Positions 49,100-59,184 of a stretch of 64,000 bases of DNA are shown here, in pieces; position 1 is the stretch's first letter, and every line of letters starts with the position of its first letter. This DNA is from an uncultured Candidatus Berkelbacteria bacterium. Lineage in GTDB: Bacteria; Patescibacteriota; UBA1384; UBA12157. The DNA is taken from NCBI GenBank assembly GCA_903877885.1, contig CAIRFN010000004.1:19869-83868 (forward strand). Direction: 5' to 3'. The notes beneath the pieces were generated by a model, which worked only from the letters and a program-made list of their open reading frames with translations, did not search any database and was not told where the DNA came from. The position numbers and the translations under genes are program-made.

Positions 49100-50167
49100 A
49101 TGAGTTTGTCCAACACATTTAGAGAATTAGTAGAAATTGATAGTCCATCTGGCCAAGAGCAGGCAGTGGCTAAATATTTGGAAATTTGGCTGACTAGTCA
49201 AAATTTTGAATATTTTAAGGATGATATTGGTAACATTTTGGCTTTCCGATCTGGAAGTGGCGAACCGTTACTTTTATGTGCACATATGGACGTGGTAGAT
49301 CCTTGTTTAGGGGTTAAGCCATCGTTTATCAACGGTGTAGTTAAAAGTGATGGCACTACTGTTCTTGGCGCTGATAATAAAGCATCAATTGCTGCAATTA
49401 TTAAGGGGGTTGAAGATTATTTGGCGCAAACAGGTGAGCCAAGAGCAATCGAGATTCTTTTCGCTGTCAAGGAAGAAACTGGCGGTGGTGTAGAATTCAT
49501 GGACTTCTCTAAAATTAAGTCAAAACAAGGAATTATATTTGACTTAATTAAGCCGATTGGCACAATCGCTATTGCCTCACCATATATTTACAATTTTCAC
49601 ATTAAATTTACTGGCAAATCTTCTCATGCTAGTCGACCGGATGAAGGGAAAAGTGCACTTAAACCGGCGGCGAAATTGATTACTAGTGCCGATGATGGGT
49701 TTTTAGATAATGGTTTAACAACTATTAATTTCGGAAAAATAGAAGCTGGTACTGGTATTAATATTATACCAGAAACAGCAACTATTCATGGCGAAGTTCG
49801 CAGTTTTAAAAAAGATTTATTTGAAGCACATTTGGAAGCAATAGAGAAAATGGCTAAAAAATGTGCTAGTGAAGATGGCGTAAAAGTAGACTTTACCACG
49901 GACGGCCGTTGTGCCGGTTATGAGTTTCCAGAAGATGATACATTTATAAAAAAAATTAGCGCGGTTTTAGCTAAGAATGGTCATAAAATTGTTTTTTATA
50001 AAACATCTGGCATAAGTGATTCCAATCCGCTTGTTGAAGCCGGTATTAAAGTGGTGACTTTAGGTGACGGTATTACAAAAGCTCATACAGTCGAAGAAGA
50101 AATCAGCCTTGAATCGCTCGAAAGTATGCGAGCATTAGTTTTTGATTTTCTTCAAAAATTAGATTAG
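49100..50167 (+). CDS. M20 family peptidase (PepT-like)
   Basis: AHMD, LGADNK, KEETG, SSHA, AHTVEE. Confidence 0.88.
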   Translation: MSLSNTFRELVEIDSPSGQEQAVAKYLEIWLTSQNFEYFKDDIGNILAFRSGSGEPLLLCAHMDVVDPCLGVKPSFINGVVKSDGTTVLGADNKASIAAIIKGVEDYLAQTGEPRAIEILFAVKEETGGGVEFMDFSKIKSKQGIIFDLIKPIGTIAIASPYIYNFHIKFTGKSSHASRPDEGKSALKPAAKLITSADDGFLDNGLTTINFGKIEAGTGINIIPETATIHGEVRSFKKDLFEAHLEAIEKMAKKCASEDGVKVDFTTDGRCAGYEFPEDDTFIKKISAVLAKNGHKIVFYKTSGISDSNPLVEAGIKVVTLGDGITKAHTVEEEISLESLESMRALVFDFLQKLD

Positions 50168-50293
50168 TTTTAGAGAGGTTTGCCTGGCTTACCTCTTTTT
50201 TATAATATAATTTTTTTGTCTTGACTATCTAAGATCTTTAGTTTAAAATTTATTTATTGATTAATTCTAAAAGAAATATAGGAGAACTATCAA

Positions 50294-50770
50294 ATGATAA
50301 TAAATGTATCTCAAGGTTTGGGTACTGGCAAAACTGAACTTTCTGCTTTTGATAAAGCATTGTATGAAGCAGGTGTTGCTAATTATAATCTTGTTCGTCT
50401 GTCGTCAGTCATTCCAGTTGGCGCTGAAGTAAAAATAAATCAACTTAGTGATAATGCTCGTAACGAATTTGGTTATAAATTATTTTTAGTTTATGCTGAA
50501 CAACGTGAATCTGAAATTGGCAAAGAAGCTTGGGCGGGAGTTGGTTGGGTTCAAACCGAAGACGGTCGAGGGCTATTTGTTGAGCATGAAGGCTCGAGTG
50601 AAAAAGAAGTTCGTGGTTTAATTAAAAATAGTTTGACGGATATGGTCAAATATCGAAAAGATTATAAATTTGGCGAAATTAATTATTCGGTTTGTGGTAT
50701 ACGTTGTGAAGACCAGCCAGTCTGCGCTTTTATGGCCGCTGTTTATCAAAGTCAAAGCTGGGATAAATAG
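50294..50770 (+). CDS. Pyruvoyl-dependent arginine decarboxylase
   Basis: AFD.AL..AGVANYNLVRLSSVIP self-cleavage motif. Confidence 0.85.
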   Translation: MIINVSQGLGTGKTELSAFDKALYEAGVANYNLVRLSSVIPVGAEVKINQLSDNARNEFGYKLFLVYAEQRESEIGKEAWAGVGWVQTEDGRGLFVEHEGSSEKEVRGLIKNSLTDMVKYRKDYKFGEINYSVCGIRCEDQPVCAFMAAVYQSQSWDK

Positions 50771-51105
50771 TTACAGGACTAATTCGTTGGAATAGAATAT
50801 TTTACACCGTTCTAATTTATTTTAGATAAATAATTGTGCTAAAGACTTAAATAAAAAGTATGGGAGCTTCGTTCCGCGGAATTTTTAAATACGGGAATAT
50901 AACAGGTATTTAAAAATATAACAATAAGTGTACTATGGTCGTAATAAAAGTATAATGATAAGATAAGTTTTTAGTTAAAATTAAACTATGTCCCTTGACT
51001 TTTGGGTAAATTAAAGGTAAAATCATCTCAACTATTGAATGGTTGAGTCGAGTAACTTTGACTTAACTTTTCATGGAACTGAACAAATTAGAGGAGGGAA
51101 GGATA

Positions 51106-52383
51106 ATGAGTAATCTCGCTACGGCTAATAGGAATGGTGTGTTAACTCGCAATAAAGTTACTGATATGGGGCGTGGTGTCACCAGATTTCTGAAAGATTC
51201 TGGTTATTACCCGCATATTAGCAAAGTAGATTCCACGGTGGACGGTGAGGTCACAATTAATGGTAAGGCTTGCGTAAATTTTTATTCTAATTCATTCTTG
51301 GGTCTCACCAATCATCCGAAAATTATCGAAGCAAAGAAGGCAGCATTAGACAAATATGGCAATGGAAGCGGATCATCAAGAATGATCACGACGCAAAGTA
51401 TTTTGTATGAGTTAGAAGAAAGGATTGCGGCCTTCAAAAATCGTGAATCAGCCATTGTATTTTCTGCCGGCATGCTTGTTAATTGGGGTGTTATTCCTGC
51501 TTTAGCAAATTCATCACTAAAACCTCTAATAAGAGAGCTTGGCGGTGAAGACTTGTTTGCTCCAGTTTCACTCTTTCTTGACAAGTTTAATCATTCATGT
51601 ATTCATGATGGGGCCGCATTGTCTATGTGTAATTTTTGGGCTGGTCGTGCAAAAGTTCATATGTATGAGCATATGGATATGGCCGATCTCAGGAAAGAAT
51701 TGGAAAACGACAAAAATGAATATAAGATTATCATAACAGATGGAGTTTTCTCGATTCATGGCCATATAGCACCGTTAAATGAAATACTATTACTGGCGCA
51801 AGAGTTTAATGCTGCTATTTATGTCGATGATGCTCATGGTACTGGTGTTCTCGGGCCAAATGGCAGAGGAACAGCCGAAGAGCTAGGGATTGACTCAGAA
51901 ATCGATATTCCAGTTGGCACTTTCTCTAAAGCGTTTGGGTGTGCTGGTGGATTTGTTGTAGGCGATAAAGATTTTTGTGATTATCTGCGTGTTGCTTCCA
52001 GGACATATGTCTATCAAACGGCAATGCCACCAGAAAATGCAGGTGGTTTAATTGCAGCAATTGATATTGCAGAGAAGGAGCCATGGCGTCGTCGGCAAGT
52101 GCTAGCTAATGCAACAAAGGTCCGAAATGAATTTCAACGTTTGGGATTTAGTACTCTCGGTACAAAATTTCATATCGTTCCGATTCTAATTGAGGATGTT
52201 GAAGTCGCAACGAAGATTGCAGACGATTTGCTTGATCAGGGAGTTATTACAGGTTGCGTAAAGCCACCCGTTGCAACACAACCAATTATTCGTTGCAATA
52301 TGATGGCAACACACACAGAAGAGCATCTTGATCGTTTAGTCTCAATCATTGAGACAAGTGCGAAAAAGTATGGTCTGATCTAG
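51106..52383 (+). CDS. Alpha-oxoamine synthase family PLP enzyme (BioF/Kbl/SPT-like)
   Basis: SNSFLGL, NHSCIHDG, TDGVFS, DDAHGTG, GTFSKAFG. Confidence 0.88.
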   Translation: MSNLATANRNGVLTRNKVTDMGRGVTRFLKDSGYYPHISKVDSTVDGEVTINGKACVNFYSNSFLGLTNHPKIIEAKKAALDKYGNGSGSSRMITTQSILYELEERIAAFKNRESAIVFSAGMLVNWGVIPALANSSLKPLIRELGGEDLFAPVSLFLDKFNHSCIHDGAALSMCNFWAGRAKVHMYEHMDMADLRKELENDKNEYKIIITDGVFSIHGHIAPLNEILLLAQEFNAAIYVDDAHGTGVLGPNGRGTAEELGIDSEIDIPVGTFSKAFGCAGGFVVGDKDFCDYLRVASRTYVYQTAMPPENAGGLIAAIDIAEKEPWRRRQVLANATKVRNEFQRLGFSTLGTKFHIVPILIEDVEVATKIADDLLDQGVITGCVKPPVATQPIIRCNMMATHTEEHLDRLVSIIETSAKKYGLI

Positions 52384-52391
52384 TATCTATT

Positions 52392-52420
52392 AAAGGGGCA
52401 CCGGCATCGGTGCCCCTTTT
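52392..52420 (+). terminator. Intrinsic terminator
   Basis: aaaggggcaccg-gcat-cggtgcccctttt. Confidence 0.8.
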
Positions 52421-52454
52421 CAAAATAAAAATAAATTGTTAAACTAGAGTTAAT

Positions 52455-54272
52455 ATGAATATTAATAGTATCAACAATCTGCTTTTAATAATTTTTATCT
52501 TAATTTTACTTTTGTCATTCTATGTATGGAAGGCAAAACCTAAGAATAAATTAAACATTTCTTTTGCAGTTTTTTGTATTGTAACTGGATTATGGATATT
52601 TTTTAATTATCTTTGGGGAATATTCCAAACATCCGAACTTATTCTGACGTTAACTTATATAATTAGTCCATTCATAGTAATAAGTATGTTTGTTTGGGTA
52701 AACTTTTTGTATCACGATAAAATATCGAATATTTTAAAGTCTAGTATTTCAGTTATGTCTGGTTTTGGAATACTGTTATCATTTATAAGTTTTAATCCCC
52801 ACTATCCTTTAATTAATGCTGTCCAAAATCGTTTTGAGTTCAAAACTGGTCCAATATTTCCGATTTTTACCATATATTTTTCAATAGTAGTCATAGGGTT
52901 TCTGTTTTACTATTTTTATAAATTAAAGAGCGCAACTAAAGAGCTAAAGAAGTCATTGGTTGTGATGACGATAGGCATTTTCCTTAGTCTATTAATTGGC
53001 GCAGCTGTGTCTTTTGTATTACCTATGATCGGCTTTGTAAATTTAGCTATTCTCGATGCGCCATCTGCTATATTTTTTGTATCTTTCTCGGCTTATGCAA
53101 TTCTAAAAATGCAGTTATTTGATTTAAAAATGATTTTGACCGAGATACTAACATACTTTGTTCTAATAGTTTCGTTTATAATATTATTTTTTATAAAGGA
53201 AGATGTTAATATCATAGTAAAAATTATATTAATGTTAGTTTTTGTTTATGGTGGGTACCAATTAGTAAAAAGTGTCGATAGTGAAGTTAAACAAAAGGAA
53301 AAGCTTCAAGAACTTAGTACTCAACTTGCGCAAGCCAACTCTCACCTCAAAGACCTAGACAAAATGAAAACGGAATTTGTGAGTTTGGCATCACATGAGT
53401 TGCTGACTCCGGTTTCGGCGATTGAAGGTTATTTATCGATGATGCTGGATGAGCATTTGGTCAAGTTGGAAGATCCGAAAGCGGTCCAATATATGGATCG
53501 GGTTTATCGCTCGGCTAAACGCCTCGCGCGATTGATCGCCGATATGTTAAACATTTCTCGAATTGAAGAAGGCCGATTATTGGTTGAGAAAAAAGAAGTT
53601 AGTCTGACGGAACTGATTAATCAGGTTCTTGATGAACTTAAATTCAAAGCCGAAGAACACAAACAAAAAATCGTTTTTGAAAATTCCGGAACTGATACTT
53701 CTATGACTTACGCTGACCCTGACAAGGTTAAGGAAATTTTGGTCAATATTATTGGTAACTCAATTAAGTACACCATGAATCCGGGGACGATTACGGTATC
53801 GGTCGAAAAAGTGCCGACCAAGGTTTTGACCGATGAGTGGAGTAAACTTGAAGCCGTGATTTTAGCTAGCACCGTCGATGATCAAGAATCGATTCATGCA
53901 GTGGCTGACGAACATATGAAACAGATTTTGGGCGACCAACAATATTTGATTAAAGTTAAAGATCAGGGCATTGGGATTCCTAAAGAGGAATTGCCGAAAT
54001 TGTTTAAGAAATTCCATCGGGTGGGCGATTTTTCCACTGCTGAAAGCCAAGGCACGGGCCTGGGGCTTTATATTACTCGCGCGTTGGTAGAACTTCATCA
54101 TGGTCGGGTTTGGCCTGATTCAGAAGGCCAGGGCAAGGGTTCAACTTTCACTTTTAGTTTGCCAACAGTTGAATCAAAACAAGCTATCATTGACATCGAA
54201 AAACAAAGTCCTCAAACCAAGGAACAATTAAAGCCATTGGCAAAACCGATGGGAAACGATGATAGCCTATAA
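52455..54272 (+). CDS. Multi-TM sensor histidine kinase
   Basis: ASHELLTP H-box, NIIGNSIKY N-box, DQGIG, GTGLGL, GKGSTF. Confidence 0.93.
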   Translation: MNINSINNLLLIIFILILLLSFYVWKAKPKNKLNISFAVFCIVTGLWIFFNYLWGIFQTSELILTLTYIISPFIVISMFVWVNFLYHDKISNILKSSISVMSGFGILLSFISFNPHYPLINAVQNRFEFKTGPIFPIFTIYFSIVVIGFLFYYFYKLKSATKELKKSLVVMTIGIFLSLLIGAAVSFVLPMIGFVNLAILDAPSAIFFVSFSAYAILKMQLFDLKMILTEILTYFVLIVSFIILFFIKEDVNIIVKIILMLVFVYGGYQLVKSVDSEVKQKEKLQELSTQLAQANSHLKDLDKMKTEFVSLASHELLTPVSAIEGYLSMMLDEHLVKLEDPKAVQYMDRVYRSAKRLARLIADMLNISRIEEGRLLVEKKEVSLTELINQVLDELKFKAEEHKQKIVFENSGTDTSMTYADPDKVKEILVNIIGNSIKYTMNPGTITVSVEKVPTKVLTDEWSKLEAVILASTVDDQESIHAVADEHMKQILGDQQYLIKVKDQGIGIPKEELPKLFKKFHRVGDFSTAESQGTGLGLYITRALVELHHGRVWPDSEGQGKGSTFTFSLPTVESKQAIIDIEKQSPQTKEQLKPLAKPMGNDDSL

Positions 54273-54425
54273 TATATTCAACTCTAGGTACGTTTCCGCG
54301 GAGATTGCCGCCGCAATCATGGGAAACGACGACAGCCCATAAAGAACTCGTTAGAGAATTTAACCTTGACTTATTTTGATATTTAGTATAGAATGAAGAC
54401 ATCTTGTTTCAAAGGGGGAAATTCT

Positions 54426-54734
54426 ATGTCGACGCAGTCTGATGCCGAGTTGAAAGAGTTTTTCGAAATGAAGACCATGTTGACTGGTAAATGGGTTCGC
54501 GGTTCCTACTGGGTTGGTCAAATTCTGATTATCTGGTGGGCAATCCAAATGATGCACGATACAGGCTTGTTTCCAGCGATACTGATGGCTGCAATCCTTA
54601 GCTTTGCCTGGCGGATTATCAGTGAATTCTTTATCATTATCTTCGCGATTCATGAAGAGTTAGTGACGATTCGCCGGACACTAACGAAACAGGCCGAGCC
54701 GAACGACGAACCGCCGAATAATTCTACAGATTAA
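54426..54734 (+). CDS. Small membrane protein (DUF4282-like)
   Basis: Two TM helices followed by WRIISEFFIIIFAIHEEL. Confidence 0.6.
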   Translation: MSTQSDAELKEFFEMKTMLTGKWVRGSYWVGQILIIWWAIQMMHDTGLFPAILMAAILSFAWRIISEFFIIIFAIHEELVTIRRTLTKQAEPNDEPPNNSTD

Positions 54735-54808
54735 AATAACTTTAAAGACTTGAAACTCAAGTCTTTTTTTGATAAAATGAGACCAACCTGAAGGGGAGGT
54801 GAACGACA

Positions 54809-55537
54809 TTGACAATCTATGAATATTTTGCGCATCTCGAACATATGCCGCGGATATTAGCCGTGGAAATTTTTTACGCTTTTCATTTTATCTGTAAATA
54901 TCAGGGGCCAGGCAAGCAGACGCGTCATTCTGGCGAACCGTATTTAGACCATCTGGCTGAAGTTGGATGGGAAATTTTGCAAATTAGACCAGATAATGCT
55001 CCGATTAATCATCATCATAATGGGGATTTTATTTTCTATTTAGATGATGAGGCAGAAATCGCGGCTTTATTGCATGATGGTATTGAAGACACCAAAGAAA
55101 TTACCAGAGAGCTGATTATCGAAGGTTTTAGTAAAGGTCGTGGTCAGGTTTTTGGCGAACGAGTGGCTAATATTGTTAGCGCTTGTTCAAAGCTGCCGAT
55201 TGGAAAATTTCATGGTGATAAAATTGCTCAAACCGAAGAAGCATTTTGTCGATGGAAAGACTATTGTCGAAAAGATTGGATGGCCCTGCCAGTTAAAGTC
55301 AAAGATCGACTTCACAATATGCGGACACTTCGAGGCTTAAATCAGGAGCGGCGATCGCGGATTGCTCTTCAAACGATGGAAGTAATGGTGCCATATTTGG
55401 AAAGTGAAGCCAAGCAAATCGTGCCGGCAGAATATCATAGTTGGTTAGAAAAAGATACTAAAGAAATTGGTTTAATTGCGGCGCAATTTTTACCGCAACG
55501 ATATAAAATTAGCATTTCAATTGTCGGCTCTAGTTAA
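54809..55537 (+). CDS. HD-domain small alarmone hydrolase-like protein (SpoT/Mesh1 hydrolase domain)
   Basis: RHSGEPYLDH, AALLHDGIEDT, VKVKDRLHNMRTL. Confidence 0.85.
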   Translation: MTIYEYFAHLEHMPRILAVEIFYAFHFICKYQGPGKQTRHSGEPYLDHLAEVGWEILQIRPDNAPINHHHNGDFIFYLDDEAEIAALLHDGIEDTKEITRELIIEGFSKGRGQVFGERVANIVSACSKLPIGKFHGDKIAQTEEAFCRWKDYCRKDWMALPVKVKDRLHNMRTLRGLNQERRSRIALQTMEVMVPYLESEAKQIVPAEYHSWLEKDTKEIGLIAAQFLPQRYKISISIVGSS

Positions 55538-55628
55538 ATCTAGAGCCTTTTTTAATTGTTATAAATATTGTGGTACAATATACTAAATACATAATTCTAA
55601 ATACAAAATACTAACTTAGGGAGGGAAT

Positions 55629-56285
55629 ATGCCAAAAGGTAGCAAAGTGCTCATGGCCGATGATGACAAAATGCTCTTGGATATGTATAAGGAGCGATTG
55701 GAATTAGCTGGCTACACAGTTGAAAGTTATGGTAATGGCGAGGAAGCCTTGGCTCATGTGCATGATTTTATGCCAGATTTAATTATGCTTGATGTGATGA
55801 TGCCAAAGAAGAACGGTTATGAAACTTTGGCCGCGTTAAAAACTGATCCGGTGACGAAAAATATTCCGGTGATTATGCTTTCGGCTTTAATGCGCGATTT
55901 TAACCGTGAAAAAGCGGTTGAAGGCGGCGCCGAAGATTATTTAATTAAATCGGAAGCGATGCCCTCGGATGTGATTACTAAAATCGAACAGGTTTTACAA
56001 CACTATGGCAAGGGAACGGCAGCAATGCCTGGCGCGGTGACTGAACCGGCACCAACACCGCCAGCTGAAAATCCGACACCACCAGTGGCTCAACCAGCGC
56101 CAACTGAACCGACAGCCGCGCCGCAGGAAGCTCAAACGGAAGCTAAAAAAACCGATATTCCTAATGCCAAAACTGTTTATAAATCAAGCGCCAATAATGG
56201 CGGTAGTGAAGGCCTGATTATCATTGCGGTTTTGCTTGTTTTGGCCGCCGCAGTTGTGGCTTACTTTGTCTTTTTTAAAAAATAA
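55629..56285 (+). CDS. Response regulator receiver with Pro-rich linker and C-terminal TM anchor
   Basis: ADDD, LDVMMP, DYLIK; C-terminal hydrophobic helix. Confidence 0.88.
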   Translation: MPKGSKVLMADDDKMLLDMYKERLELAGYTVESYGNGEEALAHVHDFMPDLIMLDVMMPKKNGYETLAALKTDPVTKNIPVIMLSALMRDFNREKAVEGGAEDYLIKSEAMPSDVITKIEQVLQHYGKGTAAMPGAVTEPAPTPPAENPTPPVAQPAPTEPTAAPQEAQTEAKKTDIPNAKTVYKSSANNGGSEGLIIIAVLLVLAAAVVAYFVFFKK

Positions 56286-56423
56286 CTTAAGGCGATTATT
56301 TAGTATAACTTTAAGAGAATTTTACAAGAGATTATTTTAAATATATTTGACAAGTTCAAACCGTACAATTAGTATCATAATTAGAAGTAAATTAAATGAT
56401 ACTTTTGTATCAAAGGAGCTAAA

Positions 56424-56801
56424 ATGGAAAGTGGAAAAGTAATTTTATTGGTTGACGACGATCTCACTTTAAGAGAAATGTATGATGAACGGTTGAAGGC
56501 CGAGGGTTTTGAAATTATTCAGGCCAGTAACGGCGAAGAAGCAATTGCTAAAGCTAAAGATGTCAAACCAAATGTTATTTTGCTCGACATTATGATGCCA
56601 AAAATCAATGGTTTTGATGTTTTGAAAGATCTCAAAGAAAATCCGGAAACCAAGGATACACCAGTCATAATTTTAACGGCTCTAATTCAAGATGTTGATC
56701 GTTTGCAAGGCAAAAAACTTGGCGCCGCCGATTATATTGTTAAATCTGAAACTATGCCTGGTGAGGTCATCGCCAAGATTAAGAAAGTAATGGGGAACTA
56801 A
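56424..56801 (+). CDS. Single-domain response regulator
   Basis: VDDD, LDIMMP, DYIVK. Confidence 0.93.
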   Translation: MESGKVILLVDDDLTLREMYDERLKAEGFEIIQASNGEEAIAKAKDVKPNVILLDIMMPKINGFDVLKDLKENPETKDTPVIILTALIQDVDRLQGKKLGAADYIVKSETMPGEVIAKIKKVMGN

Positions 56802-56836
56802 AAGAGAAATTAAAAAACCTGAAAGTATTAAAACTT

Positions 56837-57754
56837 TCAGGTTGTCATATTTGTAATAATTTTATTGATTTGTTCATATGCATATGCCTCATATTTTTTT
56901 TGTTTAACAAAATAATTATTGAGGAATACAAGTATTCCTAAAGCGTCCAGTAAATCAATTAATATTTGTACTTCATAATCATTTGCTGCATCAAATTTAG
57001 ATTCATCATAGGCTAATCTAAAAACCTCTAGTAGTTCTCTTGATTGAAGAGTTTTCCTAATTTTATTTATATCATATGCAATATCGCCAAACTCGGCTTG
57101 TGCATGATCCAAAAGATATATTTTTCCATTTTGATGGACTTGCCAGTTTCCGTAATGAACATCGCGGTGGCATAAACCTCTTGTACTGATCCTTGAACAT
57201 CTTTTTAAAAGTTTATTAAAGATAGTGATAATTCTTTCAAGATAATCAACGTCCAAATTTTTTTCTATTGTATGTATATTAGAATCAAATTTCGCAACGA
57301 TTTCTTCTTGGAATGTGCCAGTTATTACTTTAGGAATAAATTCTGTTCCTTGTTCATTTTCAAAAAAGGAATGAAGTTTTGCTAAAATTTTAGCCATCTC
57401 TTCGACTTGCCAATTTTCGACATTTTCCATAATGATTTTTCCAGGCAAATACTCCATGACAATAAGAGGAAACTCTAAGAATAACTTCTTTGGTTGAGGT
57501 ACTAATATCCCTTTGCTAAAAAGATATTCTCCGACATAAAAATCTATCTCGATTTTTTTAGCTTTTCTAGGCTCATGCCATTTAACAATTAATGGTTCTT
57601 GTTTTTCTATTTGGAAAATTGCAACATCATAGAATGGAACATTTTCATATTGACAACGAAAACGATCAAAATTAGTTATTTTTCCAAATTTTTCAATCAA
57701 AAATTTTTTGACTTCTTCACCTCGATCTTCGGCTGACAAAATAACATTATCCAT
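56837..57754 (-). CDS. Aminoglycoside phosphotransferase/choline kinase-like protein
   Basis: IVK, VMEYLPG, LAKLH, CHRDVHYGN, LLDH, GDIAYD. Confidence 0.8.
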   Translation of the reverse strand: MDNVILSAEDRGEEVKKFLIEKFGKITNFDRFRCQYENVPFYDVAIFQIEKQEPLIVKWHEPRKAKKIEIDFYVGEYLFSKGILVPQPKKLFLEFPLIVMEYLPGKIIMENVENWQVEEMAKILAKLHSFFENEQGTEFIPKVITGTFQEEIVAKFDSNIHTIEKNLDVDYLERIITIFNKLLKRCSRISTRGLCHRDVHYGNWQVHQNGKIYLLDHAQAEFGDIAYDINKIRKTLQSRELLEVFRLAYDESKFDAANDYEVQILIDLLDALGILVFLNNYFVKQKKYEAYAYEQINKIITNMTT

Positions 57755-57970
57755 TAATATACCTCCTCTGTTGTTTTCTGTTGTTAAAATGCAATTGAAC
57801 ATCATTATAACTGTTTTTTTGGATAATTTCAACTTAATTTTTTATTTTATTTCATCAAAACCATTTAAGAGTGGACAGATGTTTATGTTTTGTGCTATAA
57901 TGATTGCGATTTGTTACATAAGTAACAAATGTTCTTTACAATTAAGTTTGGACAGAGGGGGTATGCGATA

Positions 57971-58690
57971 ATGTATTACGACTCGAAGGTAATAGATATT
58001 AGAAATTCTGTTGCTTCATCATTAGTCGTTCAATCTATCGACGTTAATGCTATATTTATTGATAGAATTGTTTCACGGATGTTCGCAAAGTGCAGCGTTC
58101 TTGATATCGGAACTGGCAACGGATTTGTGCTATCCGAAGTATTGAAGGTTTATATAGAACCTTGTCAACTTTTCGGTGTGGATAAATCGTTTGACATGGT
58201 GAAGCTGGCTAAGAATAATTTAGGAGAAGCAGCAATTATCTCAGAGGCTGATAATAGTTATTTACCATTTGGAGACGAAACGTTCGATATTGTTACGGCA
58301 AAAAATGTGACAAGATTTAGCTCAAGCGAAGTTTTCAGGGTTTTAAAGTCAGGCGGATATTTCATCTTTAGAGAATATGGGGCAGGAAAAGGGTTATTGG
58401 AATTAGCGAATATTTTCAAAGAGCGGCTTTTACGCTCTCGAAGTTACGATTTTTACACTAAATCATTAGCGGACAGCGGTTTCAGTGTAGTCAGCGTTGA
58501 AACATTCGAAGTGGTCCGGAGATATAGAGATGTCGAGTGTGTTATTAATATCGTGCAGAGTTTTCCTTTTATTGAGAATTATTCATATTCTGACGAGATT
58601 TGTATACGTGAATTATTTGGTGATGATGAAGTAAGCATCACATCTGATCCTTTTATTATAATCGCGCGCAAATTTACTGAAGGAGGGTAA
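57971..58690 (+). CDS. Class I SAM-dependent methyltransferase
   Basis: VLDIGTGNG, LPFGDETFDIV, RVLKSGG. Confidence 0.88.
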   Translation: MYYDSKVIDIRNSVASSLVVQSIDVNAIFIDRIVSRMFAKCSVLDIGTGNGFVLSEVLKVYIEPCQLFGVDKSFDMVKLAKNNLGEAAIISEADNSYLPFGDETFDIVTAKNVTRFSSSEVFRVLKSGGYFIFREYGAGKGLLELANIFKERLLRSRSYDFYTKSLADSGFSVVSVETFEVVRRYRDVECVINIVQSFPFIENYSYSDEICIRELFGDDEVSITSDPFIIIARKFTEGG

Positions 58691-58694
58691 TCGA

Positions 58695-59183
58695 ATGAGG
58701 AAAGTAGAGTTGCTATTTGACACTATTAGGTCGCCATATGATATTGCCCATATCATTCAGATTGCACAATCTATCGATTGCGTAGTCTATACTGCCGGTA
58801 AGAATTCCGTACCTTTCAATCATCACAAGGTTATTGGAAAAATAAGGTCCTGGAATATTAAAGGAGATATTTCTGAGATCCATTATAATACTTTTGATGA
58901 AGCCGTATATGATCTTAAGGGGATGGGAAAATTCTTAATAGGTACTTCGGGCAATGCGGATACGCTGTTTTATCAATTAGATTTTCCAGAGGAGAAAAAT
59001 ATCGTGCTTGTCTTTGGTACAGAGGCGTCTGGGTTGAATCAATCTAAACAAGAGTTGATGGACATCATAGTGAAGTTGCCGATGAATGAATCAAAGGTTG
59101 ACTTTCTAACATTACCTGTCGCTGTTTCTGCGATGGCCTATGAGTTGTATAGGCAATACAATTTTTCCAGAAGGGGGTACTGA
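58695..59183 (+). CDS. SPOUT (SpoU/TrmH/TrmL-like) RNA methyltransferase
   Basis: IRSPYDIAHI, LVFGTEASGL, KLPM...L.L.V. Confidence 0.8.
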   Translation: MRKVELLFDTIRSPYDIAHIIQIAQSIDCVVYTAGKNSVPFNHHKVIGKIRSWNIKGDISEIHYNTFDEAVYDLKGMGKFLIGTSGNADTLFYQLDFPEEKNIVLVFGTEASGLNQSKQELMDIIVKLPMNESKVDFLTLPVAVSAMAYELYRQYNFSRRGY

Positions 59184-59184
59184 A

